Shown here: piece after piece, positions 12,586 through 23,432 of the stretch
How positions within the stretch are numbered: position 1 is the first letter of the stretch
How the letters are laid out: each line of letters opens with the position of its first letter
From: an uncultured Chloroflexia bacterium
GTDB lineage: Bacteria; Chloroflexota; UBA6077; JACCZL01
DNA: 64,000 nucleotides
NCBI GenBank assembly: GCA_963765765.1
Contig: CAVXYC010000016.1
Location: 1 to 64,000 of the forward strand
Direction of reading: 5' to 3'
Made by a program: the position numbers and the translations under genes
The notes under the pieces: generated by a model
The model's input: only the letters and a program-made list of their open reading frames with translations
What the model was told of the DNA's origin: nothing
Databases searched by the model: none

Positions 12586-13371
12586 ATGTCTGAGCTGGAA
12601 TCCATTGGGCGACCTGAGCTTGGACGCCGCATTCCGCTGCCCGGGACTCACAATCTGCGCGATGTTGGCGGTTACCCAACGGTGGACGGACGTGAGACTC
12701 GCTGGCGAACGCTCTTCCGAGCCGATAGCCTGCACAAGCTTTCCTTGCCCGCTCAGCAGGAGCTCATCGCATACGGCGTTCGAACGGTGCTCGACCTGCG
12801 TCGCGACATCGAGGTGGAGCATTGGCCAAACGTCTTCGCCAGCTCATCGAGCCTTCGTTATGCACGTGTCGATCTGGCCCCGATCGGCGGTGTAACTGAG
12901 ATCACTGAGTCGCCTCTCGAGTCGATCTACCGAGCTATCCTGGACTTCCGGCAACGCGAGATTGCCGAGGCGTTCATGATTCTGGCCGAAGAGAAGGGCT
13001 TCCCGGCGGTAATTCACTGCACGGCGGGCAAGGATAGAACCGGGTTACTGGTAGCGTTGCTGCTCAGCCTGGCCGGCGTGGACAACGAAACTATTGCATT
13101 GGACTACGCCTTGAGCTCCGAGTATCTGGGGCAGTCATACTTCAATGAGGCCAGGGAGCGAGCTGTGGTTGCCAACGTCCCATGGGAACGCTATCGACTC
13201 AACCTCGTGTCTCCGCCGGACTACATGCTGCGTACGCTGGACTATGTGGACAGACGCTACGGTGGCGTAGAGCTCTATCTACGCACCGTTGGCCTCAGCG
13301 AATCGGACATGTTCAATCTACGATCGGCCATGGTGCGATCGTATAAGCTCTCGCTCGTTCCATCGCGGTAG
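12586..13371 (+). CDS. Protein-tyrosine phosphatase family protein (IphP/PtpB-like)
   Basis: NLRDVGGY, VLDLR and the P-loop HCTAGKDRTG. Confidence 0.92.
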   Translation: MSELESIGRPELGRRIPLPGTHNLRDVGGYPTVDGRETRWRTLFRADSLHKLSLPAQQELIAYGVRTVLDLRRDIEVEHWPNVFASSSSLRYARVDLAPIGGVTEITESPLESIYRAILDFRQREIAEAFMILAEEKGFPAVIHCTAGKDRTGLLVALLLSLAGVDNETIALDYALSSEYLGQSYFNEARERAVVANVPWERYRLNLVSPPDYMLRTLDYVDRRYGGVELYLRTVGLSESDMFNLRSAMVRSYKLSLVPSR

Positions 13372-13414
13372 GATTTGCTGGTCTCTCCACCGGCGGTGGG
13401 GAGTCACGCCGTGA

Positions 13415-13807
13415 CTAGGCCGCGAAAAGCTTCCAAAGCCAGACGCATGCAAGCGCGGCCAGGCCCAGCCAGACCGCCACGATGGTGACCGCGGCGGCGA
13501 GGCTGCGTGGTCGATGTTCCGATAACGCATGATCCGCGCGAGCGCGCGCGTCCGCCATCACTTCACCGGGGACCATTTTCAAGAGCAGCGCCAACCCGAG
13601 CGGAATCAGTACCAGATCATCCAGGTAGCCCAGGACGGGAATAAAGTCAGGGATCAGGTCAATCGGACTGAAGGCGTACGCCAGGATAACCGCCGCCAGA
13701 ACCCGCGCGGGCCACGGTGTGCGCCGATCGCGCGCTGCCAGGTAAAGAGCATAGGTGTCGCGCTTCAGCGCACGAACGCGAAGGCGCCAGCTTTTCAACA
13801 ATCCCAC
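13415..13807 (-). CDS. YkvA / DUF1232 membrane protein
   Basis: YAFSPIDLIPDFIPVLGYLDD signature. Confidence 0.92.
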   Translation of the reverse strand: MGLLKSWRLRVRALKRDTYALYLAARDRRTPWPARVLAAVILAYAFSPIDLIPDFIPVLGYLDDLVLIPLGLALLLKMVPGEVMADARARADHALSEHRPRSLAAAVTIVAVWLGLAALACVWLWKLFAA

Positions 13808-14192
13808 GGGATCGATGATCCCACAGAAGGTATCTTGCCGTAACTCACCAGCGCTGTTGATTTACCGGATTTGGAGATGTTGGCTGGGAGCGAAACGCCT
13901 GCATGACGTACCCGCCCAGAGAGCAAATCAGTGATCTTTAACCGGAATTGATCTTCTGTTGATGTGACTCTCAGAGCAAGTTCACCGGTCAGGCCTACTC
14001 TGTCCTCTGGGCAAGCGCATCTGCGCTGTTCGGAAGGACCAGGAGCTGAAGCATGAGCGTTGAGATGGCCCACTGGAAACGTCGGCACAACGGACTCGGG
14101 CGTAAAAACGCACCACACAACGCCTTGTGCCGAGCGACGTCAATAACTCGATTGCGGACTCATGCGCGGTCCAGCCACACGGGAAGACACAG

Positions 14193-14867
14193 ATGACGGT
14201 CCGAGTCTCCGAACCGCGCGCAGAAGGCAGCACACCACCGCCAGAAAGTCTTACGGACGGCCTTCGCGGCCCCGGTACGGTTGTGATTCGAGTCCCACTT
14301 GCATCTGTGGGAGAGCGGCCTGAGCGAGACCGTCCCGACTCCTGCACGCAGTGCGGCAGCAGGGGATTCAACGTGCACCAGCGGTCCTGGCGAACTGTGC
14401 GCGATCCGCACATCAAGCGGGTGAACGTCGCACGCTACGTCTGCAAGCGCTGCGGCGGTACCAGCAGACTCTATCCAGCCGGTATCGGTCCGGAGCGGCA
14501 AACCGCGGCCATCAAACAGATCTGTGCGATGCTCTACTGCATGGGCCTGACCTATCGAAACGTGCAACAGATCCTGAAAGCCCTCGACTGTCATCTCTCC
14601 ATGACGACGATCCGCCAGGATGTGCTTCAAGCATGCGCGGTGGAGCAGACAATGCGCCCATTTGAACGACTCCGCCTAACCCCGCAGCAGCCCGGAAAGC
14701 TTAGTGGCCCGGACGGCTCACTGACGGTGCGTCTGCTTGGAACGACTCCCACCCGTCGCTGGCTCGAGCTCGAGCTACAACAGCGGCCGGGCGGTGCGGA
14801 GCTGGAGTGGCGCGCGCAAGTCTGCGCGCGTCAATTCACGAGTGTGGCGACATCCGTGGGAGTTTGA
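14193..14867 (+). CDS. Zn-ribbon + HTH protein related to transposase N-terminal domains, lacking an evident DDE core
   Basis: CTQC...RYVCKRC...LYP.G, then LYCMGLTYRNVQQIL...LSMTTIRQDV (HTH). The ORF is intact and has no flanking IRs that I can see. Confidence 0.65.
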   Translation: MTVRVSEPRAEGSTPPPESLTDGLRGPGTVVIRVPLASVGERPERDRPDSCTQCGSRGFNVHQRSWRTVRDPHIKRVNVARYVCKRCGGTSRLYPAGIGPERQTAAIKQICAMLYCMGLTYRNVQQILKALDCHLSMTTIRQDVLQACAVEQTMRPFERLRLTPQQPGKLSGPDGSLTVRLLGTTPTRRWLELELQQRPGGAELEWRAQVCARQFTSVATSVGV

Positions 14868-14940
14868 GGCATCAACGAGTGCCTCGAGCATTAGTCGTTC
14901 TGTACGAAAGGGGCCGCGTGCAGGGAGCGCCCTGAGCGAC

Positions 14941-15471
14941 TCAGTGCTCCTCGTGATCCACGCGCAGTGAGCGCAGGATTCTCGAGACCATGTTGTAGAA
15001 GCCGATTGTCGCGGTGAGCTCCATGATCTCCTGATCGTTGAAGTGAGCGCGCACGGCGGCGAAGGTGGAGTCGTCCGCGTCGAACTCCCGAGTGATTTGC
15101 TCAGCGTACGCGAGCACTGCCCGCTGCATGTCGGTGAAAACGGTGCTGGTGCTCCAGTTGGCCAGATCGTCGATCTGCGCCTGACTCACGCCCTCTTTCA
15201 CGGCGATGGGAGCGTGCGCCTGCCATTCATAATCTGCTCCGGAGATCTGGGCGACGCGGCAGATGGCCAGCTCGCGCATGTCGCCTCTCAGGGACGACTC
15301 CATCCGCACGGCCGTACCCATGTGGAGCCAGCCTGAAGCGATGGCCGGGCTATTCATGAGCAGCTTGTAGAGGTTGAGCATGCGCCCGCCGCGCTCGCGC
15401 TTGATCTGCTCCACCAGCGGCTTGAGCTCGTCCGGAACCGTGTCTGGGTTAACCAGTGGGATGCGCGCCAT
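14941..15471 (-). CDS. Carboxymuconolactone decarboxylase (CMD/AhpD-like) family protein
   Basis: RELAICRVAQISGADYEWQAH and ELTATIGFYNMVSR. Confidence 0.9.
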   Translation of the reverse strand: MARIPLVNPDTVPDELKPLVEQIKRERGGRMLNLYKLLMNSPAIASGWLHMGTAVRMESSLRGDMRELAICRVAQISGADYEWQAHAPIAVKEGVSQAQIDDLANWSTSTVFTDMQRAVLAYAEQITREFDADDSTFAAVRAHFNDQEIMELTATIGFYNMVSRILRSLRVDHEEH

Positions 15472-15483
15472 GAGCTACTCCTT

Positions 15484-15575
15484 GCTAAATGAAGAATGCA
15501 GAATTAAGAACGAAGAATAGCCAACAGAGATTACTGACCTAATTCTTCATTCTTAGTTCTGCATTGTTCATTAGC
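15484..15575. repeat. Inverted heptamer tandem repeat (GAAGAAT-like / ATTCTTC-like)
   Basis: AATGAAG AATGCAG AATTAAG AACGAAG ... CTTCATT CTTAGTT CTGCATT GTTCATT forms a long imperfect hairpin between the CMD paralogs. Confidence 0.8.
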
Positions 15576-16106
15576 TCAGTGCGCCTCTGAGTCCACCCTC
15601 ATGGTTCGTAGCACGCGCGATACCATGTTGTAGAACCCGATGGTTGTCACCAGCTCCAGCGTATCGCGCTCATTGAAGTGCTCACGCACGGAGCTAAAGA
15701 GCGCATCGTCCGCGTCGAGCTGTGAGGTCATAGAGTCGGTGAGCTCCAGCGCAACCCGCTGCGCCGGCGTATAGACATCCGAACCGCGCCAATCGCGCAG
15801 CGCATCGATCTGCGCCTGGGTTGCGCCGTCCTTGATGGCGAACGGCGCGTGTGCCTGGAACTCGTAGTCCGCGCCATTCGTGAGTGCGACGCGACAGATG
15901 GCGAGCTCGCGGATCGCGCCGTCCAGCGTGCCGCGGAAACGAACGGCGCTGCCCATGTGTATCCAGCCCTCGGCGATCGGCGGACTATTCAGGAGCATGC
16001 GGAAGAGATTCGATACATTGCCACCGCGCTCGCGTCTGATAAGCGCGATCGTCTCCTGTAGCTCTGCAGGGGCGGTTTCGGGATCGATATAAGGGATTCT
16101 GGCCAA
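15576..16106 (-). CDS. CMD/AhpD-like family protein (tandem paralog)
   Basis: Same length (176 aa) and same motifs as the neighbouring gene (RELAICRVA...DYE.QAH, IGFYNMVSR). TTG start. Confidence 0.9.
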   Translation of the reverse strand: MARIPYIDPETAPAELQETIALIRRERGGNVSNLFRMLLNSPPIAEGWIHMGSAVRFRGTLDGAIRELAICRVALTNGADYEFQAHAPFAIKDGATQAQIDALRDWRGSDVYTPAQRVALELTDSMTSQLDADDALFSSVREHFNERDTLELVTTIGFYNMVSRVLRTMRVDSEAH

Positions 16107-16211
16107 TTGGTAACTCCGATGAGAGGTGAGTTAACTGTTGACAGTTAACAGTGAGAGACGAAGCATTGGCCGCTGATAGCGCGTGCCGTTACTGTCGACG
16201 ACTGTAAACCG

Positions 16212-16490
16212 TCAACTCCGTTTTGCCTTCGCGTCGGCGCGGCGGAAGAGCGATTGTGACATACCTGCGCGGATCGCCATGATCCAGGCAATGGCGGCGT
16301 CGATTTCGGCGTCGCTTGCGCCAGCATGCCTCGCACCTACGAGGCGACGCTCCGTTCAAGGCTCGCAGTTGCCGGTGATGACAACGGCCAGACCAATCAA
16401 GGCTTTAGTCTTGGGATCCAGAGCGTCGTTGTCTCGACAGTGGGCGTACCACTCCTCGAACTCTTCGAACACATTGACGGAGTCATCCAT
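16212..16490 (-). CDS. Small AhpD/CMD-like candidate selenoprotein (CxxU), absent from the ORF track
   Basis: Manual translation: MDDSVNVFEEFEEWYAHCRDNDALDPKTKALIGLAVVITGNCEP[TGA]TERRLVGARHAGASDAEIDAAIAWIMAIRAGMSQSLFRRADAKAKRS. The CMD pattern continues in frame past the TGA at 16356-16358. Confidence 0.8.
16323..16351 (-). promoter_or_regulatory. Candidate bacterial SECIS element
   Basis: 3' of the UGA: AGCGU-C-GCCUCG-U-AGGU-G-CGAGGC-AUGCU. This is a stem with a bulge and a GGU-containing apical loop about 17 nt from the UGA. Confidence 0.7.
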
Positions 16491-16573
16491 GGCGGGTTCC
16501 CTGGTGAAAGTCTCCGCGCATGGTAGCAGAGGTTTGTTCGATCAGCGCCTGCTAAGAAGGCTCAGTTAACGCC

Positions 16574-18368
16574 CTAGTATGGCCGTCGCCGCAGCCGGCC
16601 CGCTGATCGCTGGCGATGCAATCGCGAGTGAAGCACGGTTGCCGACCGCCCTTCGGCTCTCACCGGGGTGGATCGCGATGAGTGGGGGGTTTCGATCTCC
16701 GCGAAGAGCTCGCGCACTTCGTCGGCTTCAATGGTCTCCCGCTCCATGAGTCGCTTTGCAACCCGCTCAATGGTGGACCGATTGGTGCTCAGGATCTCGT
16801 GGGCCAGGCGATGGGCATGAGAGATCACCTTACGGACCTCCCGGTCGATCGCACGAGCGGTATCCGAGCCAACCCCTCGATACTCATCCATGTCGTAGCC
16901 GTAGCCCGCTCCGGCAATAGCCATGGGGCCAATCCCCTTGCTCATGCCGAACGAAGTCACCATGCGCCGGGCCATCTCCGAGGCACGCTGAAGGTCGTTT
17001 GAAGGCCCGGTAGTGACCTCGCCGAAGATGAGCTCCTCTGCCACGTGTCCGCCCATCGCGCAGGCTATCGCCGCCTCGAAGTCGGACTTGCGCCACATGT
17101 TGCGATCCTCCTCTGGAGCCAGACGCGTATAGCCGCCGACCATGCCCCGCGAGACGAGCGAGATTTTCATGACTCGGTCCGCGTTCGGAAGCGCGGCCGC
17201 CACCAGCGCGTGGCCCACCTCGTGATACGCGGTGATCACGCGTTCTTTCGCGCTGAGGAGGTGACTCTTGCGGCGTGGTCCAGCCACAACGCGGTCCAGT
17301 GCCTCCTCGAGCTCCAGCTGGCCGATACTCGTGCCCTCTCTGCGGGCGGTAAGGATGGCCGCTTCGTTGAGTACGTTTTCGAGATCCGCACCCGAGAGCC
17401 CTGTGCTCTGCCGTGCCAGGTAATCCAGGTCGGCGTCTTCCGCGAGCGGTTTCCCGCGCGCATGCACATCCAGTATCTGTCGACGCCCCGCGGCATCGGG
17501 CAGGTCCAACTGTACCTGCCGATCAAAGCGGCCCGGCCGCAACAGTGCCGGATCCAGAATGTCGGCGCGGTTCGTCGCGGCCAGCACGATCACAGCACTG
17601 CGATCGCTGAACCCGTCCATCTCTACCAGAATCTGATTCAGCGTCTGTTCGCGTTCCTCGTGCGAAACACCCGCGTGGCCACCGCGGCGGCGTCCCACCG
17701 CGTCTATCTCATCGATAAAGATGATGCACGGTGCCAGCCTGCGCGCTTCCTGAAAGAGGCTTCGAGCACGCGACGCACCGACACCGACGTAAAGCTCTAC
17801 GAACTCCGAGCCCGAGCTCGAAATAAATGGCACACCCGCTTCACCCGCGACCGCTCGTGCGAGGAGCGTCTTACCAGTACCAGGCGGGCCTACCAGCAAG
17901 GCTCCACGAGGAACACGCGCGCCCAGAGCCGTGAAGCGGTCCGAATTACGGAGGAACTGAACAACCTCCTCAAGCTCTTCTTTTGCCCTCTTCAACGCCG
18001 GCCACATCTTTGAACCGGGTGGTCGGGCGCTCCGCGGTGATCGTCTTGAAATGATTCGAGGATAGGATTTTGCTGGGCGAGGAAACAGTTGACCTGGGAG
18101 TTTCCTCAGGAGCCGCGGATCTGGCGCGAGAGGCTAGCGCGGAGCGCACGCCGAAGACGAGCAACGCCGCGAGCGCTATTGCGGGAACAATGAGGTATAC
18201 GCCGTTCAGCCATTGAGTCCACTGTGTGAAGTCCGCCAGCCCGGCGTTGGTCAGCGTATTGAGCCACGGTACGCTCAGTGCGACCAATGTCACGATAAGT
18301 AAGAATATCGCGAAGGTTCCCATACCGTTGGGTGCTTCACCTCCCCCAAACCCACGTCCCCGAGCCAT
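16574..18368 (-). CDS. ftsH: ATP-dependent zinc metalloprotease FtsH (frameshift near 17985)
   Basis: Two N-terminal TM segments, [32 protein letters not shown]...LRPGRFD and HEVGH. Confidence 0.93.
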
Positions 18369-18489
18369 GCGAATCTATTCTCCTGTGCCACACCGCAGCG
18401 ACGCGGAACTCTGCAAGAGGCATGCCGTAAGCGGCGCTGAACAGGCCGGACTTTACCGAATGAGCTCGAGGTAGCTTTTCCCAGCCTGA

Positions 18490-20740
18490 CTAGGAAGCGG
18501 GCGCGAGATGTTTCGCCGTCAATGAGTCAGGGACGCCGAGGAGGTCGCGAGGAGTGCCCGCGAATACCACCTCACCGCCGCGACTGCCACCCTCCGGACC
18601 CATGTCGATGATCCAGTCGGCGTTGCGGATCACATCCAGGTTGTGCTCGATGACGATCACGCTATTCCCGCTGTCCACGAGACGGTTCATAATCGCCAGC
18701 AGGTGGGTGATGTCCGACATATGCAGGCCCGTTGTCGGCTCGTCGAGCACGTAGACGCTACCTTCCTTATGGAGCTCACTGGCCAACTTGATGCGCTGAC
18801 ACTCGCCGCCCGAGAGCGTGGAAAGCGGCTGTCCCAGGGTCAGATAGTCCAGGCCGACGTCGCTCATCGCCTGAAGCTTGCGGCGGATCATTTTTTGATG
18901 GAAGAACTCCAACGCCTCAGCGACGGTCAGTGCCAGCACATCGTTGATGGACTTGCCGTCAAGCTTGTATGCCAGGACCTCGTCCTTGAATCGACGCCCT
19001 CGCAGATCTCGCAGGGAGTCTTGATGCCATCGAGAAATGCCAGGTCCGTGTAGATCACACCAGAGCCCTTACAGTTCTCGCAGGCGCCTTTTGAGTTGAA
19101 GCTGAACAGACCCGCATCAGCTTTATTGGCACTGGCGAACGCCTTCCGGATGTCGTCCATCACGCCGGTGTACGTGGCTGGGTTTGATCGTGAAGTGGTT
19201 CCGACCGCTGATTGATCGATCACAATCGCTTCCGGATGCTGGCGCAGAAACACGTCCTCGATAAGCGAGCTCTTGCCCGACCCCGCCACGCCGGTGATGA
19301 CTGTCAGCACGCCCACGGGAATATCCACGTTGACGTCCTTCAGGTTGTTTGCGCGCGCATTCCGCACGGGAAGCGTTCCCGCGGGCGCCCGCACGTCTGT
19401 CTTCATGGGCAGTGAACGCTGAAGATACTGTCCCGGTGAGCGTGTCCGCCTTCAATAGATCCTGGAAGCTGCCTTCGAAGACGATCTCACCGCCCGCGGT
19501 CCCGGCATGAGGGCCAACATCGACAATGTGATCGGCTCCCTCGATGACATCGCGATCGTGCTCCACCACCAGTACAGTGTTGCCCTTGTCGCATAGCTTT
19601 CGGAGTAGCTCATTCAGCCGATGCACATCGCGCGGATGGAGACCAACGCTCGGCTCATCAAAGATGTACATCACGTCAACCAGGCTGCTTCCCAGGTGCT
19701 TGACCATCTTGACGCGCTGCGATTCACCGCCCGAGAGAGTGTCAGTCTCCCGATTTAGACTCAGGTACTCCAAGCCGATGTCGGCCATGTGCTGCAGCCG
19801 CTCCACGAGGGCATCGACCATCGGCGCGGCAACGGAGTCGGTGATCTCCCGAAGGACCGGGATCAGATCGCCGATCTCCATGCTCGACAGCTCGGCAATG
19901 TTGCGACCGTTGATTCGACAGCTCAGCGTGGCCTGGCTCAGGCGGGCTCCTTTGCAGAGCGGGCATGGCTGAGGCCTGATGTACGGCGCGACGGCCTTCT
20001 GGGTGCGCTCGGAAAGCGTCTTGAGGTCGCGACGCACATACGACTTCTCAATCTTCTCGATGATGCCCATATACGTGGCGTTCATCGTGGTGGCATCGCC
20101 TATCTTCAGCGGGTACTTGCGCGGCTTGCTATAGAGCAGCAGGTCCAGCTCTTCAGGTGTGAAGTCACCAAGCTTCTTGTCGTTGTCGAAGAACCCGGAC
20201 GCCGCGTACCACTTGGACTCCCAGGAGGCGAAGAACGGCACCTGGATGCCACCATCATTAATTGACTTGGAGTAGTCGAGAAAATCATCGGCAATCACCC
20301 CGAGCTTCCTGCCGATGCCGTTGCACTCCGGGCACATGCCCTGCGGATCATTGAACGAGAATGCGTTGGAGTACCCTATGTGAGGCTGACCGACGCGAGA
20401 AAAGAGCAGGCGCAGAAGCGTGTAAATGTCAGTGATCGTTCCCACCGTGGAGTGTGACCCGCCACCAAGCCGCTTCTGGTCCACGATCACCGCCATACTA
20501 AGGTTCTCAATGGCGTCCGCGTCCGGCTGCGGGTACCGGGGCAAGAAATTCCGGACGAACATGCTGAAGTTCTCGAAGAGCTGCCGCTGCGCTTCGGTGG
20601 CGACCGTGTCGAAGACGATTGAGGACTTGCCCGAGCCCGAGACGCCGGTGAAGATGGTGATCTTCCGTTTCGGAATCCTGAGCGACACGTTTTTCAGGTT
20701 GTTCTCGCGCGCCCCCGCGAATCTCGATGTATTCGGACAC
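18490..20740 (-). CDS. uvrA: Class II UvrA / DrrC-like ABC ATPase (frameshifted)
   Basis: [30 protein letters not shown], a second Walker A GVAGSGKS, and [12 protein letters not shown]. Shorter than canonical UvrA. Confidence 0.88.
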
Positions 20741-20867
20741 GTTCCACCTTCCGCGTGAGTGGCCCCGGGAGGTTTAGAGGGTACAGAGCCAACGGGGCTA
20801 AGGTGAAACGAACGGAACGGCGCGAGGGCGCGGAATTCGGAACCTTCTCTTTTCTGATCGCAAGCCA

Positions 20868-20954
20868 TAGCAACGGGCTTCCAGCCCGAACGCGCAGCGC
20901 GTGAACTACCTTTACTAACCTTGCTACGCGTACCGGGTGGAAGCCCGTTGCTAC
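20868..20954. repeat. GTAG-type REP inverted doublet
   Basis: TAGCAACGGGCTTCCA ... TGGAAGCCCGTTGCTAC. Confidence 0.7.
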
Positions 20955-20977
20955 GTGACTCTTGTGAGACGGAGCTG

Positions 20978-21454
20978 CTACTCCACACCCAGCTCCCGGG
21001 CTAGCGCCTCAAAGAGCTCGCGACTGCCCTCCTCACGCATGCGCGGGGCATCTTCGGAATCGAAATATGCTCCCTGCTCGGTGAATGTCAGACGCACCCC
21101 CTCGCCAGTCGGCTCGAGCTCAACAGTTGCGAGCGACGCTGAGATGGGTGAATCTTCGACGGCCATACGGTAGGCGAAAACGATGCGCCACTCTGGCACG
21201 ATGTCCAGATAGATGGTCTCGTTGATGATCGGCGGCCCGCCCTGGTAGCGGAATCGTGAGAATTCCCGCCCTCCGACCCGAAAGTCGGCGGTGTACTCCT
21301 CAACTTCCCATCCCTCGCCTTCGGCGAACCAGCGACGCTTGGTCTCCAGGTCGGCGAAAGCAGCGAAGACGCGGGCCGGCGAAGCGGCGAAGGTTCGTTC
21401 AATACTGAATGTGCTATGGATGGCGAACGGCTTGCCTGTCATCTTGTCTATCAT
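20978..21454 (-). CDS. SRPBCC (AHSA1-like) domain protein
   Basis: HSTFSIERTFAASPARVFAAFAD...DFRVGGRE...YLDIVP..RIVFAY...LTFTEQGAY. Confidence 0.9.
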   Translation of the reverse strand: MIDKMTGKPFAIHSTFSIERTFAASPARVFAAFADLETKRRWFAEGEGWEVEEYTADFRVGGREFSRFRYQGGPPIINETIYLDIVPEWRIVFAYRMAVEDSPISASLATVELEPTGEGVRLTFTEQGAYFDSEDAPRMREEGSRELFEALARELGVE

Positions 21455-21469
21455 GATGTGCTCCTTTTC

Positions 21470-21619
21470 TTATCGCGGGAAGTTGTAGGTCAGATGAACG
21501 GTGCGCTCTGAGTGCCGGACATCGGCAAGCTCGAGCCGACCGAGGCGCTCGACGATCGCCCGCCGCGTCGCCTCATCCAGCGACGAAAAGACCCAGTCCA
21601 CCGCGGATTGGTCAAGCAT
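21470..21619 (-). pseudogene. Truncated ArsR-family regulator
   Basis: MLDQSAVDWVFSSLDEATRRAIVERL matches an ArsR N-terminus, but the HTH core is missing. It sits in the usual position upstream of an SRPBCC gene. Confidence 0.6.
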
Positions 21620-21664
21620 CGACTTAAGTATTGCAGAGTGATGGGCGATAGTCAAGTAGACGCT

Positions 21665-21799
21665 TTAGTATCCCCAGATCCTTGGACTGCGGCGGTCTTC
21701 GCCGCTTTCTACTAGCGCGAAGCGCATCCGCCGACGCGCTTCCAGCCTCGCGAGAAAGCGGCGAAGACCGCCGCAGTCCAAAGGATCTGGGGATACTAA
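21665..21799. repeat. Long inverted repeat containing a TTGGACTGCGGCGG-type REP pair
   Basis: TTAGTATCCCCAGATCCTTGGACTGCGGCGGTCTTCGCCGCTTTCT ... AGAAAGCGGCGAAGACCGCCGCAGTCCAAAGGATCTGGGGATACTAA, with near-perfect arms of about 46 bp. Confidence 0.85.
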
Positions 21800-22417
21800 G
21801 GCCACCGCAGATCAGGCTGCGCGCAGCCGCCAACCCAGCACGGACATCGCGATTCCATACACCGCGGTCGCCGCGATAATCAGGGCACCGCCCGCCGGAC
21901 CGGCACGCCTCCGGCCGCGAGCAGCGCCAGTGAAACGCCAACGAGAGCCGCGTGAATCCAGCTCGGTCCAAACCCGGCCCGGTGGCAGGCGAAAGCTAGC
22001 GGGACGCTCGACACAACCCAGAGGAGCGACAGGAAGCCACCGACTGCGCCGAACCCCGTAGCTTCAATACGCTGCATCATCTCATGTCCGACTTGAGGCG
22101 CAACGTATTGCCTCCAGCAGCAATCCTGGCGCCATGCCAATTGCCCCGTGACGACCACCATCGCCGCGGCAATGGGAGCGTAGGCCCCGGCGCGGCGCAT
22201 CTCGAGCGCCTCTATGAGTGCGGGCAAGCCGAGCAATAGCACCGGAAGACTCAGGAGGCACAGCAGATGCGCCGCCTCCCACGTGGCCGCGCGGTACGCG
22301 GCATCGCTGTGCTCCAACGGATGCAGCAGGTTTCCCATGGCGAACATTAATCCGCCAACGATCAGTGCCCAGACCGGAGACGGCGGCGCGAGCCACTGAA
22401 TAGAGCCGTTCGGTCAT
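21796..22417 (-). CDS. Hypothetical multi-pass membrane protein (frameshifted)
   Basis: GGLMFAMGNLLHP...WEAAHLLCLLSLPVLLLGLPAL and further TM segments. The ends are uncertain. Confidence 0.6.
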
Positions 22418-22575
22418 GGTGCGCGGCAGAATCCGGATCTCCTGACAGGCGAGTCTACGTCCAATCGGCGGGTAGATCCTTCGCTGCGCTCCAGGATGAC
22501 AAGGATTCACTTCCAGACACGGAGCCGCGCGCATACGGCGGACTCTGTATCGTCATTCGGTCCTGCCGTTCCTGC

Positions 22576-23432
22576 CTAATAAATGATCGAAGGCAGGAAC
22601 GCGCCTTTGGGCTCGTTGTAGAGACCGATGCTCATCAGCGTCAGCGGCTGAACGACGCGCAGACCATGCTCCAGGCACCAGCGGAATACTTCGCTATTGC
22701 GTGTGGGCAGCAGGAACCCACTTGGATGGAACTCTGGCACGGCGCCGATCAGCGCCTTCAGGTCTTCATTCGTCTCGGCCACTGCATGGCCGAAGAACGT
22801 GAGCGAGGATGCGTACCCGGAGATTCGACCTGCGTGCTCGACCACCGTGGCGGTGCCCTGGCGAATGGCCTCAAGGAGCTCGGTAGTACGCGAGAAGCCG
22901 TGCACCTTCACGCTCAGCGAGTCGCACGCATCAAGATCGCTCTCGGTGGCCGCCCGCACGGAGTGGCCCGGTATTTCAACTCTCAGAGCGTTACCGCCGA
23001 TGTTTGAGAGCGGCTCCCGCGCGTCGAATCCGAGCTTCGTGTACAGCGACAATGAGCGATTGTGATAGGCCGACTGCACCAACCGAACGCCGCAAACTGC
23101 TGCTCGCGTACGCGCCGGAGGACGTCTTCCATAAGCCGTCGGCCGATCGAGCCATTCTGGACGGACGGGTCAACAGTGATGGGCCCCACGCCAGCAATCG
23201 GCGCAAGCTCCCACAGGAAGTTGCTCCCCGCCACGCGCCCATCAACTTCGGCCACAACCGAGTAGACGTCGGAGCGCGTGAAGATATGGGAGACGAGGCC
23301 GATTCCTGCTTCTGGCGATGGGAAATCGGCAGGAAAATTGTGCTGCCCAGAAATCGATTTGAAGGCTTCGTAGCAGATCGTTCCACATGCCACAGCGTCT
23401 TCTGGTTTACCGGGTCTCAAGATGATGTCCAT
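22576..23432 (-). CDS. GNAT-family N-acetyltransferase (frameshift near 23090)
   Basis: GVGPITVDPSVQNGSIGRRLM and SLSLYTKLGF. Confidence 0.88.
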
